From the NCBI GenBank assembly GCA_000934665.2, contig KZ538537.1:1-63431 (forward strand): a DNA stretch of 63,431 nt, given 5' to 3'. Shown here one piece after another: positions 1 through 13,140 of this stretch. The translations under genes and the position numbers were made by a program. The DNA is from Catajapyx aquilonaris (Eukaryota). Within the stretch, counting starts at the first letter, position 1. Each line of letters starts with the position of its first letter. A model generated the notes under the pieces. It searched no databases. It was not told the origin of the DNA and worked only from the letters and a program-made list of their open reading frames with translations.

Positions 1-40
1 CCCCCCCCCCCCCCCCCATCTCGCTAACTACCACGCTCCA

Positions 41-101
41 GTAAGTAAGTAAATGTTTATTACCTGCACGGGCCAAGCCCATTTGCAGGGGGAAGCACCC
101 C
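41..101 (-). mobile_element. 3' tail of a CR1/L2-type LINE or LINE-dependent SINE
   Basis: Minus strand reads stem-loop CCTGCAAATGGGCTTGGCCCGTGCAGG, then AATAAA, then a (TTAC)n tail. This is the usual CR1/L2 3'-end layout. Confidence 0.5.
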
Positions 102-644
102 TATTACAATATCAAAGTAGCCAAGGTCACATACATTTTTATAAGTATAGCAACAACAAAAACAATGTGGCAATAAGATCAGCACTGTAAACAGATAAAT
201 TGTGTAGACAGAATACATGTGTATTATGCAATAATAATTCATGTCAAAAGCAAGTGTACAGTGAACCTGACAAAATTAAGAGCTTCACAAAATAATGTCT
301 GCATGGAGTAGGAGTTTAGACGCATAAACAAAAAAAAGAATACAGTTGAAAAAGAGCTAGTTCAGGGATGTCATGAAATAGGGTATGCATCTTATCCGGG
401 GGGGATTTTAGGCCAGTTGAAAAGGTGTTTGCCTCTTGCAGTTTTGGAAAATGGGCATAAATATAAAATATGGACCACGCCCCGGTATGACATAACTATG
501 TTGACTAACGTAAGCGTATATGGATATTGAGTTATGCATGTGCAAGACTGTGTGACCTTTCTAGGTGCTTAAGATATGCCACTGACATACCACAAGTGAC
601 AAGTCTGCATTGCTTATTATGATCGGATAATCTTGTCTTCCCAG

Positions 645-2971
645 ACCTTACAGCAGAATGTCCAGAGCCGAGCACCCCAACAACAACAAAACATTAGACA
701 TTGACAGGTGAGTAGTTCATACAATATGTGTAAGCATTATTTCACAGGATTGGAGTGACTATAATATTTTCCCTATCTAGACCATGCAGAAGAATGTGGC
801 ATGCTGTCAGAACCCCACCCGCAAGAAAACGCTTGAAATTGACAGGTAAATGGTTCATACGTAGGATCATGATTTTATTTTTTGAACTGAAAGACTCATA
901 ACATTTACCTTTCCAGATCCATCCTATGAAGTGTAAGACCCCTACTGCAATAATGCTGATTCAAGCACCTTGCCTGCCACACAAAACAATAAGAGAAAAT
1001 TGAAGCTGAGAAAGAAGCTGCGGTTGCATCAGAAAACATCCAGCAGATTACGAAATCAGTTGATGCAGCTGAAGAAAGTAGCCAAGGACTTGTCTAAGGG
1101 AGACATTAATATGGCACATGCCATTGAAAAGTGAAAAAGATGATTGTGGCCACAGGTTGGAGTTTCATAGCGAAGCTATGGACGATGGCAAGTAAGGGTA
1201 AGAAGAGAATGAGGAGGGCAAAAGAAGCCAGGGACTTTGGGTTTAGCTTGTATTACAGTAGCCCAAATGTGTATCATCTGTTTGCGAAACTTTTCAGTCC
1301 TCACAGAAAGGACTCTTAGTAAGTGAATGATTCCTCATATGCTACACCCAGGCCTATCATGAAATTTGCTGGAGGCTCTAAAAAGTGGTGTTGTTAGCAT
1401 GACCCCCTTGAAGTGATTGGTAGTGACTCTCTGTGTGGATGTGGTGGCATTGAAAACTAACCGTCAACATGATAAGGTGGAATGTCTTGCTTGCTATGGT
1501 GCGGTCCATCTGTGGTAGATGTAAACAACCATTGTGCTACTTTGCTATGCAGGATGGTGCCACAAGTTTGAAATTAAAGAGCATTGTAGAAGAATGCAGC
1601 ATAGCAGAACTCATTGAAAAATTGGTATAATATTGTGAAATTGGTGACCTGACTGAGACCAGGTAACACAGGCATGTTTAGCAGGATGGGAGTGACCCAT
1701 GAAAAACCATATGCATACATTGTGCACAGTCCAAAATGTTTTTTAAATATTTTATTTACCTCAGCTACTAAAGTCCATCCAAAATAACCTTAAGAAATAT
1801 GACCTGATTGTGAATGATGCTAATATCTTGGGAGCACATAATTATGTATAGTTCATCTTTATCATATTGAATATGACTTGCCAAGCAATTGTGCCCAAAA
1901 CTAACTTTTAGCATGTATTCACTCCAGCATTGACAAATATATGTGAGTGTGTTATGCCGCTCAAGTTTTTTAGCAAGTGTCGATGCTGCCATGAGTGTCC
2001 CAAGTACCATGGGTTGCCTGGTGCCCAAGCAACAAGCGGGATCTTATGCATCGACAAATGGTTTGACTCATGTAGCCATGAAGAGAGAGGGCTAAAAGTA
2101 CCCTGTTTCTGATGGACATGTACTGTACAGTGAAATTGAGAAATGGCAGATTCTGACTACAGCAAACATTCAGTGTGTTGTGGGGGGATTAAGATTTACC
2201 AGTCAGGCAGTGATCATGCTTTGGAATGACCTAAGGATAAACCATGATGTGACATTTCTCTGCACAAGAAACCTTAACCAGGATTGTCCTGAAATCCTCT
2301 TTGCCAAAATGCCTGGCAGGGGAGATTTTCCATTCCATCCTTCTCTTGCAGAGTTTTGGTGCTCATTAGAGAGGGTAGCAGCTGCAAGTCCTTTCAACTG
2401 TATGAGCTCATGCAAAAATTGTGAGTATGATCTGAGCACATTCATATTAACAGCAGAGGAGATGGCAGTGAATCTGTGTAACAGTCCTTCATTACATCCC
2501 AGTCATGTGTAAGATGATTATGGCAATCCAGCTGTATACAGCTTGTATACAAATGCACAATATTACATGGCTGGATGGGCTTGTCGCAAGGTCCTGTCAG
2601 TGCACAAGTGTCACGCATGTCATGCAAAGTAGGCCTACTGCTCTCAATAAGCTATGGGGAACACACATTCCAGAGAGGCCTACCAAATGTTCATGACTGC
2701 ACAAACCTATGATGAGCTTAAATGGAATGGCTCTTTTTATGTACCTTCCAAGGAGATGTAGGTTAATAAGTTGCTCATGCAATTCTTGGAACACAATATG
2801 CATAAGGAGAGCTTGATATCCATTGCGCATCAGCAGATTTTGCATTCTTTAGCTCAGCGAAATAAATCTAGGTTTACAGCTGTTCACTGTCCTGAACTGC
2901 CCAAACTAATACTGGAAGGCTACTTGAAGCTGCGTGTGCATTATTTCTTAAAATTCGTAGTTAACCTTTAG
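645..2971 (+). pseudogene. Degenerate P-element/THAP9-type DNA transposase with introns, multiple stops and frameshifts
   Basis: Collinear P-transposase-like motifs across frames: basic coiled coil KRKLKLRKKLRLHQKTSSRLRNQL (~990-1065), DFGFSLYYSSPNVYHLFAKLF (~1233-1295), PQLLKSIQNNL (~1760), PKLT..M*VCYAAQVF..VDAAM (~1895-1993), IDKWFDS (~2050), FLCTRNLNQDCPEILFAKMPGRGDFPFHPSLAEF (~2255-2356) and LILEGYLKLRVHYFLK (~2907-2953). Micro-exons at 645-707 and 781-845, and an acceptor before 917. TIRs not found. Confidence 0.85.
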
Positions 2972-5900
2972 AGCCAGGCCGACTGGTACATGGGCTTTGT
3001 GAATTTGTAACTTTAGATCAACACCGGGTGCTTTTGGATGAAATGTAGTTTCTTCTTCTTCTTCTTCTTTTCTTCTTTTACAGAGGGAAGATGTCCGTAG
3101 ACACTGGCTTGCCCTCTAAGACCGTGGGCTATGCTAAATTTTGTCAAAATGCTTTCAAAACATTGTTTTTTTGGGTAACAACAGATGGCAGCATGCGTCA
3201 GGCTCTGGGTTTCTGGCTTGCCATACTTTTTTATATTTCTTGATTGCATTTGTAAATTATGGCTCTAGACTATCACTCAGAAAAATTTGGCTGAGTTTTG
3301 ATAATTAACTTGAGAAATATGAGTTAATATTGATTAAAATCCGGTCACACAAAATTATAGATTAAAAATGGCCGACATGGTCACGTGACCACCAAATTTG
3401 CAAAATTGTAATTTTTTGAAGAGCTCCAGTCTAAGCTAAGCATTGTTGTATAACACTTTCCTATATAATCTTTTATTGTAACATTGTTTGGGGTCATATC
3501 TAATTTACTAAAAGGCGGGGGGGGGATTCAAATATCTGTGATCTTTATGATATGAATGTAATGGTTTTCTGAAATATATGGGATACAAAACTCCACATTC
3601 AGCATACCCTAACAGTTTAAACTCTACTTTTATGAAAGTGAGTTTTAAGCTGTACAGTACATAAGATATGCAGTATTACCTGCATGAAATTTTGTATTGT
3701 GACATGTTATGTACTACTGTATGCATATTGTACTCTCTTATGACATGCAATTTTGTGCTCTTATAGCCTACTATTACATCATTCATATTATTGTCTGGTC
3801 ATCACTGGCCACCCCTGAATGGGATTCAGGCCGTGACGAATATAGTATAGTATAGTATATTATTTTTAGTATTATGTAACCAGAATATTTGTGTGTGACA
3901 TATTCATGTTGCATACTGTATGCATTGTTACAATAAATTCTGAAGTACATTTCTGATATTTTGCAACTTCCACCCAGCCTTTTAATCGCAGCTGCCACCT
4001 GCGTGACCCTCTGAGGTCGGTGAGGATGTTCTAAGGGGCCATCCATCACAACCTACACAAATATTATTATTGAATTTAAAATTCAAAATTGAGCAGTTAT
4101 CGATGGAAAGGTGGCAGTGAACAAGATAATTGATATCAGGGAGTTCGGTGGTGGCAGTGGACAGCAACATACTTATTAACCACTCACACTAGTAGCAATT
4201 TGCATGCAGCAAGTTGCATTGTGCAATGCATGAAATTAGTATTCCCGCCTTGGAATGATTAGCGAACATGGCATCATGTCCTGGAAGGTGGACATACGCT
4301 CCAGGCCCTGCGAAACAATGGTGGCGACTGCATTGACGGGCGAGAATAATTGACAAGCTCATTATTATTGGAGGTAGCGTCGTAAGTTGGCGGCAGCGAG
4401 CAAGGTTGAATAAAAATGTGATAGGTGAAGGGGGACAAAGAAAGTGGCGGAATAAAAGAAAAGAGAGTACGAGGGGAGGGGGGAGGGGTAGGCAAGCTGG
4501 GGGATGTTACGCTTGGCAACACTTCTCTTTTCTTCCTCTCCTTTTATTGCCGTTCTGTACCATTAGATTCCCAAAGAGCGACGCTACATTTCAATGGTCG
4601 AGAAATGAAGGAACGCCTTGCTGGAAAGCATAACGATGTGTTTCTTGGTAACCCTGTCACGACCCTGCGACGCCTCTTTCATACGGATTGATTAATTAAA
4701 AAAACTGTAGAGGGTGGAGGGTGCGCAAGGAACCATTAGGCTACTGATTATTTTATATCCTACTGATTGAGATCCGTATCCTGTTAATAGGCTAGACGGG
4801 TTTTAAAATGGATAAGTTATTCTAGGGTAACTTGTCAAGGTTGTAGTCGGATCAAAATGGCGCCGAGTAAATCACTTCTGAGGACCTTATTTGGAAAATG
4901 GCCGCCAGACATGTTCATTAAGCCGATGGGTGACAGGAGAAAATAATGATATTACATGCGTCATAATCAAGAAGGCTGGGTGGGCGTCAAAAAAAGTCCT
5001 TTATTGTTAAATCTGGAATTGTTGGCTGAGTGGGCAGCAGAACAAGCTCATTAGGCCCAGTCCGTTGTTTCTATATACGTTATGTTAGATCAATTTCGGA
5101 TGATGGCCCCAACGGTACCTGACGAAACACTCGGAACCGGTATTTGAAAGTCAATTAGGAAGAACGACGCTGATCTGAACGGTTTTCTGGCACATCGGGT
5201 TACGTGCAAGTCTGCGCATGAAGATGTTTCTCGATAGGTGGCCTACGATTACGCCGGTAGGAGGTTGCAAAGCTAATTAACTAGATACTGTACACCATTC
5301 CATTCCCTGCTTCCAATCCCAGCAAATTGTATGGACTGCCACAAATGGAAATGAACACGCTGGTTGGAGTTGATGGGAAGGTGAAACCAAATTACTGCTT
5401 CGCTTTACTCAGCCTCAAGAAGTACCTCCTGTTCCAATACTATTTGGCCATATTTGAGATATTACAGAATATGGTAACCTGCTTTTTTTTTGTTGTAAAT
5501 TACGGTTATTGATAGCGGTTAGTAATAGCGGTTATTGGCAGGAGCATGTAACTCATTCTGATTCGAATTATAAAAAGTTGAGTCGTCGGGTTGAAAACCC
5601 GAATCATGTGGAGTCTGCAGTCCTTGGACCTTTTCGGACCTGGCGGAAACGGAATGGAGGAAAAATGTGCAAGTTAGGTCCCGATTCAAACCAGTTTATC
5701 TCCCCCACTCTCCAAACGCTGGCTTTCCGGTGAATTATTTATGAGGCTGGAACAGTAGACGCTCTCTGGCCTCACCCCGCGAACCCAGGAACAACTTCAT
5801 GTTGGGTGGGAACATCCATCAAAGCCATGTTGACCATCCAGATCCGAATGCCCGCCTGCACGGGACAGCAGCCTGCAAGCCCATTACAGGCGCCCAGTTA

Positions 5901-7199
5901 TGCCGGGGCTGCCCCACGTACATACGTCCAAAGGAAAATATACTACGAGCATCATCGGGCAGGAATTAGCAGAGCCCACGTGTTGAACCATTCCTGCTCT
6001 ATTACGCATCCGGACACTTCACACTCATGTACCTACCCTTTTTGCGCACCATTTTTTTGTGCCTTAAAATTAGACATTATGAGCAAGTGTTCAGGATGGA
6101 AATGGAAACCGTGACGACACCGAAACACGTGGTGGGTAGTTATTCTATTTTTTTGTAAATAAATCCACATTAAAGTCAATGAACATAATTCTGGTATTTT
6201 TTCCGCAGTAAATTTCAGTCATTTTCTGTTACCATTTCGTCCAAGCTATAGAGCAAGCATCATGTATATAGGCACAATTTGCCGACCACGGTCTGGAGTC
6301 ACGTATGTGAGTAACGTCAGATGAGATTATAGATTTCTGCTTTTTACAGTGAATGTACTGCTCTGATTGCGGATAACCAGCATGATATATCCATTACCTG
6401 ACATATCATGAAATATATTCTGACATTTTAAATTCCTGATCCTATTAGGCCCATATGTGGTGATTACATTACTGTTTTCAAACAAATTCGATACTTTTAT
6501 TTACAGTAGAAATGAAAATATCACGATATTGGCGCAGTTCATCTCAACCATAAATATAAATATGAATTTTCATGTAATTCCGTTTTAATAAAATAACGTG
6601 CCCATTCTAAAATGTGGTCCTATTCACCTCGCTCGACTGTATGCGTCATTTACTTTCTGAGTGGAGTTAACACATTTCCATTTCCACACTTCAATTATTG
6701 TGAGACAGCAAATTCACATTTCACCTATTTTTCACCTCTATTTTCGCTGATAGCAGTTCATCTCAATAAAAATAACCAGTAAAAGCAATTTAGCTCCTCA
6801 TCAGGATTTGGATTGGAAGGCGCGATAGCTCTTCCAATACGGACAATTCGCAAATCATTGGATAACCGATGAACCAAAAACATTAGTTCATTCTTGCCAA
6901 CATAAATTATGCCATAAAAGTTACAATAAATTCCATCACATTACATTCTCATAGGCAACAAAGAAACAAGAGGTGGGCTCTCCAGTCACACTGTTTAGCA
7001 GAAAAAAACAGACAATTTGGGTGATTGATGACTAAAAAGCTGGAATGTCTCTCACGAGAATCTCAAGTGTTTTCCTGCCTCCCAGCTATGGGTTCTACAA
7101 AGTCTAAGCCTCCTCGAGACAAAAACACTTTTTTTTTTCAATAATATTTGCCTCAGAGAGCAACATAATGCGAAACCATTCAGCAGGTAGCATGTGAAT

Positions 7200-7440
7200 C
7201 CTAATGTAACTAAGATCAAAGATAGAGTCAAATAATCAGTCCACTTGACCCTTGTCTACCTCTGCACGCCATGTCTTCGGCGCCAAAGTTGGCATCTGAG
7301 AAACTGCTCAATAGGGGGCCCTTGGGCAAGATTGCTTTCTGTCTTACGTGTCTCTCCGAAAGTTGGTGGACTTTATTTTATTTCTCAAATACACCAAAGT
7401 TGAGTAAACTTCGATTATGGGGGTATCAATATCCTTATCA
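7200..7440 (-). mobile_element. Degenerate RTE-like LINE reverse-transcriptase/thumb fragment
   Basis: Minus-strand translation DIDTPIIEVYSTLVYLRNKI resembles IEVVxxFVYLGSKI. After a frameshift, FLRCQLWRRRHGVQR*TRVK resembles RLxxxLWxxRGISxxTKVK. Confidence 0.45.
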
Positions 7441-7962
7441 GTGACACTAAGTGGGAATATTTCCAACTCCCGAGACCCTGTGAACAATAAGCTGTTAAAG
7501 ACGGCGTCCAACAACCATAAGACCAAATGGGGGATGGCAATCTTTCCCGAAATGATGGCTACTGGCAGAGGCTAACGGGCATGGAATTCTCGCCACAACG
7601 CAACATTATTGTGTTCGAGTGATATTGGCTCTTCAAAATGGCTGCCAATTAGAGTCCACACAGAGGGCGCACGTATTCCACTCCCTTCCGCTCAGATTCA
7701 CATAGACTGCATTGTACTGTAAAGTTTCTGACACATCCTGGAGCTATGCAACCATGTGCATTATAGCGAGAATCACCTTCACCTTGCTAGAGTTCTGACT
7801 GTTCAATAGTACCAGCTTTTGCTCCATAATTATAGATTTATCCCAAACATACTTGAACACTTCCTAGCAATATTATAGTCGACAACTGCATGCGCCATTT
7901 TTAATTTAAATAATGAGCTAAAATATGTTGCAGGAGGAACAGTTGGAAATATCATGCATTAC

Positions 7963-8171
7963 CTATGATGGTGAGGTTGACACGGTAGTTTTTGGTGGGT
8001 GACTTTTTGTAGTCGACCCTGCAGCGGTAGACTCCACCGTCGTTTTCTTTGACGTTCTCGACGGTGAGACTGGCAGGCTCCTTGGTGGTGCGAAAATAAG
8101 CTCTCCCACCCAAAGTTTGCTCGTCCGACCAATGAGTAGCCTGGTCGAATGACTTCCCGCGGGCATCAAAG
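7963..8171 (-). CDS. side: Sidestep-family Ig cell-adhesion protein, exon encoding second half of Ig1 (V-set)
   Basis: 209-nt exon with acceptor ctctttatctccatcAG and donor GTaatg, phase 2 to 1. Translates (S)[69 protein letters not shown], with the Ig D-x-G-x-Y-x-C motif and the Side-typical CRVD(F/Y)xxSPTxNxxVNLT. The symbol is family-level; the paralog is not determined. Confidence 0.93.
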
Positions 8172-9840
8172 CTGATGGAGATAAAGAGGGCAAGTCAGTA
8201 AGTTACAAATCATCAGAACTTCAAGAGTACAGAAATCGTCATTTTACTTTTAATGCATGTGACACACACGTGAATTATTCATACATAGCACTTCATAAAA
8301 TTGTGAAAATCTGGAAAATTAAAGCATTTTCATTAATTTCTAACTACATAATTAGCATCATTGTAATGTACATTGACACTACTTTTTATACAGTATGTTC
8401 GATCGAGACTCAATGATGTCGAATGAATGCAAATTATTAAAAATCTAAATGAAACTTATCAATAACCAAAGACTTTACTTAACTTGAGACTATATAATGA
8501 GGTAAAAGGCAACTGAGAAAAAAAAGTGTGGATATCATCTGCGATAAGGTTGCGTCTTTCTTTAAAAAATAAAACAAAATGCAGCTTCTGTAATAATTTG
8601 AGGCTCGTGTAAGAAGCTTTCTGAGAACTGCTAGAAGCACTTTCCAACTTTTCCTATGCGCAGCAATCTTGGGACGTGCGGATTCATGCCTTGATCCTGC
8701 ATAAATCCGGCATTTTTTTTTGCCCTAAAAGAAGCGAAAAGTGAGCTGCTATTGAAAATGAATGGAGACATAAGAAAATTCACATTCTGAAGGCAACTCA
8801 AAGTCCTTTCCTATTTTCCCTAAGCAGACGGCCTTGCATACTAATTACATTTGTTTGGGAGAAGTGGTACGGTGTTCAAGTGCTGCAGGCGATCAATACA
8901 CGTCACGGCTTCTGGTCAGATGCATTCTCCTGGAAAGGAACCATCCTTACAAACTTCTCTCTCTCTCTCTCTCCCCCCTCCCCGCTCTTATTGAGAATAA
9001 TAAAAAAGCAAGGCCTTCACAACATGTTCCCCAGCCTTCTTCCGTAACTAGCTCTTTGTTAGGGAGAACTAAGAATCCGTGAAGCAATTTCTTGAAGAAA
9101 TGAAGAGCTAGCGGAAATAAAAGAGGCGCCCTGTACTATGAAGCTAAGCAAAACATCGTCAAGGTATTAAGACTAAGTTGGCTTATCAAGGGTATGTTGA
9201 TCGTTAGAATGTAGAGTCCGACTCTATGCATTTCGTATGAGTGTATCAGTGGTAGTTTTGCAGAGTAAAATAAATACGAGCGTTTCCGGCACCAGAGGTC
9301 CTGTAAAGTTGTTTATTAAACGCTCCAATATGGACTTTAGAGGCTATTTCCGGCATAATCACGAGCCATATTTCAGGGATCTTTCCATGACCATAACCAT
9401 AAGCCTTAGGTTTTACACGTACAAATAAATCTGGAATGATGGAGGCAATTTGTTAGGAGCACAAATATGGAATCTTTGGCAGTGCATCATGTAGCATTTA
9501 TCTCCGAATCGAAAATGATGAGGAACTGTGAAGCTGGTATTTCGGCACGGATAATAGCGTTTGAATAATGTGGAATCTTACTTTACAGCTACTATAAACC
9601 GAGGTACTGATGCTGCTATCCCTAGTCGTTATCGGTGAAAGTAGACCAAGGTTTACCTTATATAAAAGTTGCCATTTAATGACCCTTTTTGCACCTGCAA
9701 AAATGAAGTTGCTTTACGACTGGATACGCTCACTTTTTGAAAAGTATATCTTCAAATGTGTGATGTGGTTATGTGTTAAAACCATCATGACAGTCATTGA
9801 TCCGCGCTGTGAATTACCTATTAAATACATATATGTACAG

Positions 9841-10020
9841 GCCGATTTGTTGGGGTGGTCTAGTGGCTATACTACTGTCCAACCAAGCGGTAGCTCCGGG
9901 GTTCTAATGCCGTCCCCATCACCTTCGCTTGGTCGGATTTTTTCCCCACTTTTCACCCGACATGTCCGGGCAGATTCGCACTCCCTTCTCTGCCCAGGGC
10001 CAAGAGAATTTTGATGTCAC
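9841..10020 (+). mobile_element. tRNA-derived SINE, family S1 copy 1
   Basis: A-box GGTCTAGTGG, B-box-like GGTTCTAATGCC, and core CACCTTCGCTTGGTCGGA shared with the copies at 12986 and 26120. Confidence 0.7.
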
Positions 10021-12985
10021 TGTATCTACTCTCTTTTTTAAAAAATGGTAAGTTACTACTTTCGCCGCAGTGCACCCCTATTGGCGGATAGATATTTATC
10101 AAAGTTCCATTAGCGTGTATACACCCTGTTCAGTTTCACAAGAAAAGCCTGCGAATATTATCGCCTTATTCAGTTGGGACAGAGTTTAGAGAGGGGGCTG
10201 GCGGGGAGTGGGGGGACACTGGACGTTGTAAGATAGCACCTTGGTTTGGACGACAGGGGAAACATATCGGGGGCAGTTAGCAGCCGCGGTAAATTATGGG
10301 CAGGCTGTCAGGCGAGCTGTGTATCAAGTGAGGTGATAAAGCGCATCTGGTATAGGACTATCCCTCACGGGCCATTCGCGTATCCCTTTCCGCATCGGGG
10401 CTCCACACTCTCCGGCTACCAAACAATTCACCTTCCCTGCTCATAATCCAGAATTTTTCTTCTCAATTCCCACCAAGTTGAGTTACTGTACACCCTGTGA
10501 TTTTGGTCAAAACAGACCGTGCAGTTGAGATGTAGCCAATATATCAACGGTGCACAGCAATGAGGGTAATTAGAGAGAAAGGGGTTGGGGGGGGGGGGGA
10601 ATTCATTGCAACGAAACGACAGGATGTGTTGATTTCCGGTACCCTCCCCACCCATCCTCCGCCTCTCCCCACCCTACCCACGCCCACTTTATATGGAAGC
10701 GGAATTTGTTTCACGACAGCACCATTTTGGACGATCTCATTGATTTCCCATCGGAATCACTTGATGGAACAGAGGAGTCCCATCAAGACGGCTGAAGCGA
10801 ACGCGTTCAGCGCAAACCATCCTTTAATGGCGGTGTCCAATTTCCTCCCCCATCCCACCATCCCCCCCTCCTCTAGTGAATCTGTAGACCTCGGTGCTTG
10901 ACGCCTTCGGTGTTCTTATACCTTGAAGAGGATTCAATTCTAATCTCCTCCTCGCTCCTCGTCACTCGAGCCGCCTCTTTAGTTAGTAGTTTATCAACAA
11001 CTAGCGGGCTGTATGCATGGGTGAGCTTATCATGGGAAGTGGGGGGGGGGGGGGNGGGGGGGGTAACAAGACGTCAGATTATTGTGGCTTGATTAGTGCA
11101 GGTCAGAAATGAATGTTTCCTCGCAGGTACTTGCTCTCATGAGATGTGACATAGTGTAGGGGTAATTTGTGGCGGAGCATAATCGTATGTAGTCTGCTTT
11201 TTGTAAATATGAGATGAGCAGTTGTGAACCTGTAGGGTCAAACTACCACAGGATTAATAATTAAGTGGAAATCCCGCAGCGCATTATTACATTGCGTGGG
11301 GCATTCAGTATTTATCATATCGCGTAGGAAGCACAGTACTGCTATATTATGCTGCTTGTTCCTACAGGATCTGGCTTCCATTTTGCCTGAGAAACAAATC
11401 CTTGTAAACGGGCAATAAATCTATCCCAACTCATCCTAAAATATTATCTTGATATCCGTCGTAAAAGGTAGTAAATTCTCCCGTATATGTTCATTCCTAG
11501 TTATTGCTCTTTAACTCCTCTTAAATCCGCGTTAAACTATGCCTTAAATCGCCTTTCTTATCCCTGATTTGAGACAAATCTTTTAATTCGGCATTAAATT
11601 CATATAAGCACACCTGCCTGCTGAAATCTACCGGAAGCTTATTGATTTTGCTGTATGCCACCAGATACACTTAAAATATCCTTGATTCTCTAAATAATTT
11701 TATTGCAATGATGCATATTGGAAATATTTCCATCTCATACATTTCTAATATTCACTTCAAATTGGCGCATTAATTGTCACAATTTATTAACACATTTATA
11801 TTTTGCATAATGCACTCATTAAAATGCATTTGTATTGTATAAGAGGGCTCACAAAGCTGGATAATTATTATACTGTATTTTATTTTGATTACTGCGTGAA
11901 TGTATCACGCGCCATTCGATTAAAATCATATATAACTTACTGAAGAATAGCGATTAATAGTAAGTTATATCCCGGATATTTATAGCGAATAGTTTATGTA
12001 CTGTACATGTGTGAATATGTTTATCTGCTTTAATTTTTCAGTTAAGTTACTCATTTTGGAAACTTCAGGCAGTAATAAATCATTTTATATCGCCCCTATA
12101 AGTCGCTCTGATAATATTATCACATAAAACATTTCTACTAACATTGTTATAAGATATGCTTAAAATTTATACTAGCATAATATTCGGCTTAAATGAATTA
12201 GCTGGATATGGGTTCGATCATTTATTGCTGGTCCATTCTCACTTAATCGTGTTCAAATTTAATTACCTTACTCAGCATAAGTATATTCAAGTGTGTACAC
12301 TGTAGGCCTACCGGATACAATAAGTCATAACGTCATCTCAATCTTCCTCTATACCATAATTATATAGGGTACTCAACAGATATTTCTGTTGTTATTACAG
12401 GGTGTGCAGTAGTCGTTGTTACATACTACAGTAGAAACACACCAGGACCTAAAGTGGACTGGCTGTATAGAATCGTTTAAGCTTTTGGTCTTCATTGTCG
12501 GAAGCCATAAACTTATCTGGTTAGTTTTGCGAGTTGTCATCCATCACAGATTTTTCTCTCTCTCTGAACATACTTCGTTGGCTCTCGGTCGAAAACACGA
12601 GTTATGTTAAGTGAAGCGAAACTGCAGCTCATCAAGGTTTGCTGCTCTTTCCCATGGCGCCGCTTGGAAAATGTTCTATTTGGAGGTAGAGGAATAGAGT
12701 TTTCCAATCGTAAATCACCTTTTCCTCCGACCCAGAGAGTTGGAAAACCATTACATCAGTAAGTTAGATGCGTAGAATTATGCTACTGGCAAAGTGACTT
12801 TCCTCTTGAGTATAATAAATCACACAAATTTTTTTGATGTATAGACATTTTGGAGGGTGAAATTATTATAGTCCACTCCATAACATGATATCTACGATGT
12901 CCTCAAAATTTCCCGATAATAAAATATCCGCGTGCCATTACACTGCCGCAGTCCACCATGTGTTAGTAATGCTCAAACGAGAGAC

Positions 12986-13140
12986 GGACCACGGTGGTCT
13001 AGTGGTTATGACCCAAGCCAGCCAAGCGTGAGGTCAGAGGTTCACCTTCGCTTGGTCGGATCTTTTGCCGCTTTTCGCCTTTGTCTGCCTAGGACTCATA
13101 ATAAAGGTCTGCCCAGCAACTGAGAGTCCGACATGACGTA
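12986..13140 (+). mobile_element. tRNA-derived SINE, family S1 copy 2
   Basis: GGTGGTCTAGTGGTTATG head, CACCTTCGCTTGGTCGGA core, and a TCTGCCCAG..GAGA tail similar to copy 1. Confidence 0.7.

Noticed and set aside
7963..8193. ORF-track peptide [13 protein letters not shown]... on the minus strand
   Set aside because: Wrong frame; the real coding frame here is the Ig exon FDARGK...VNLTII.
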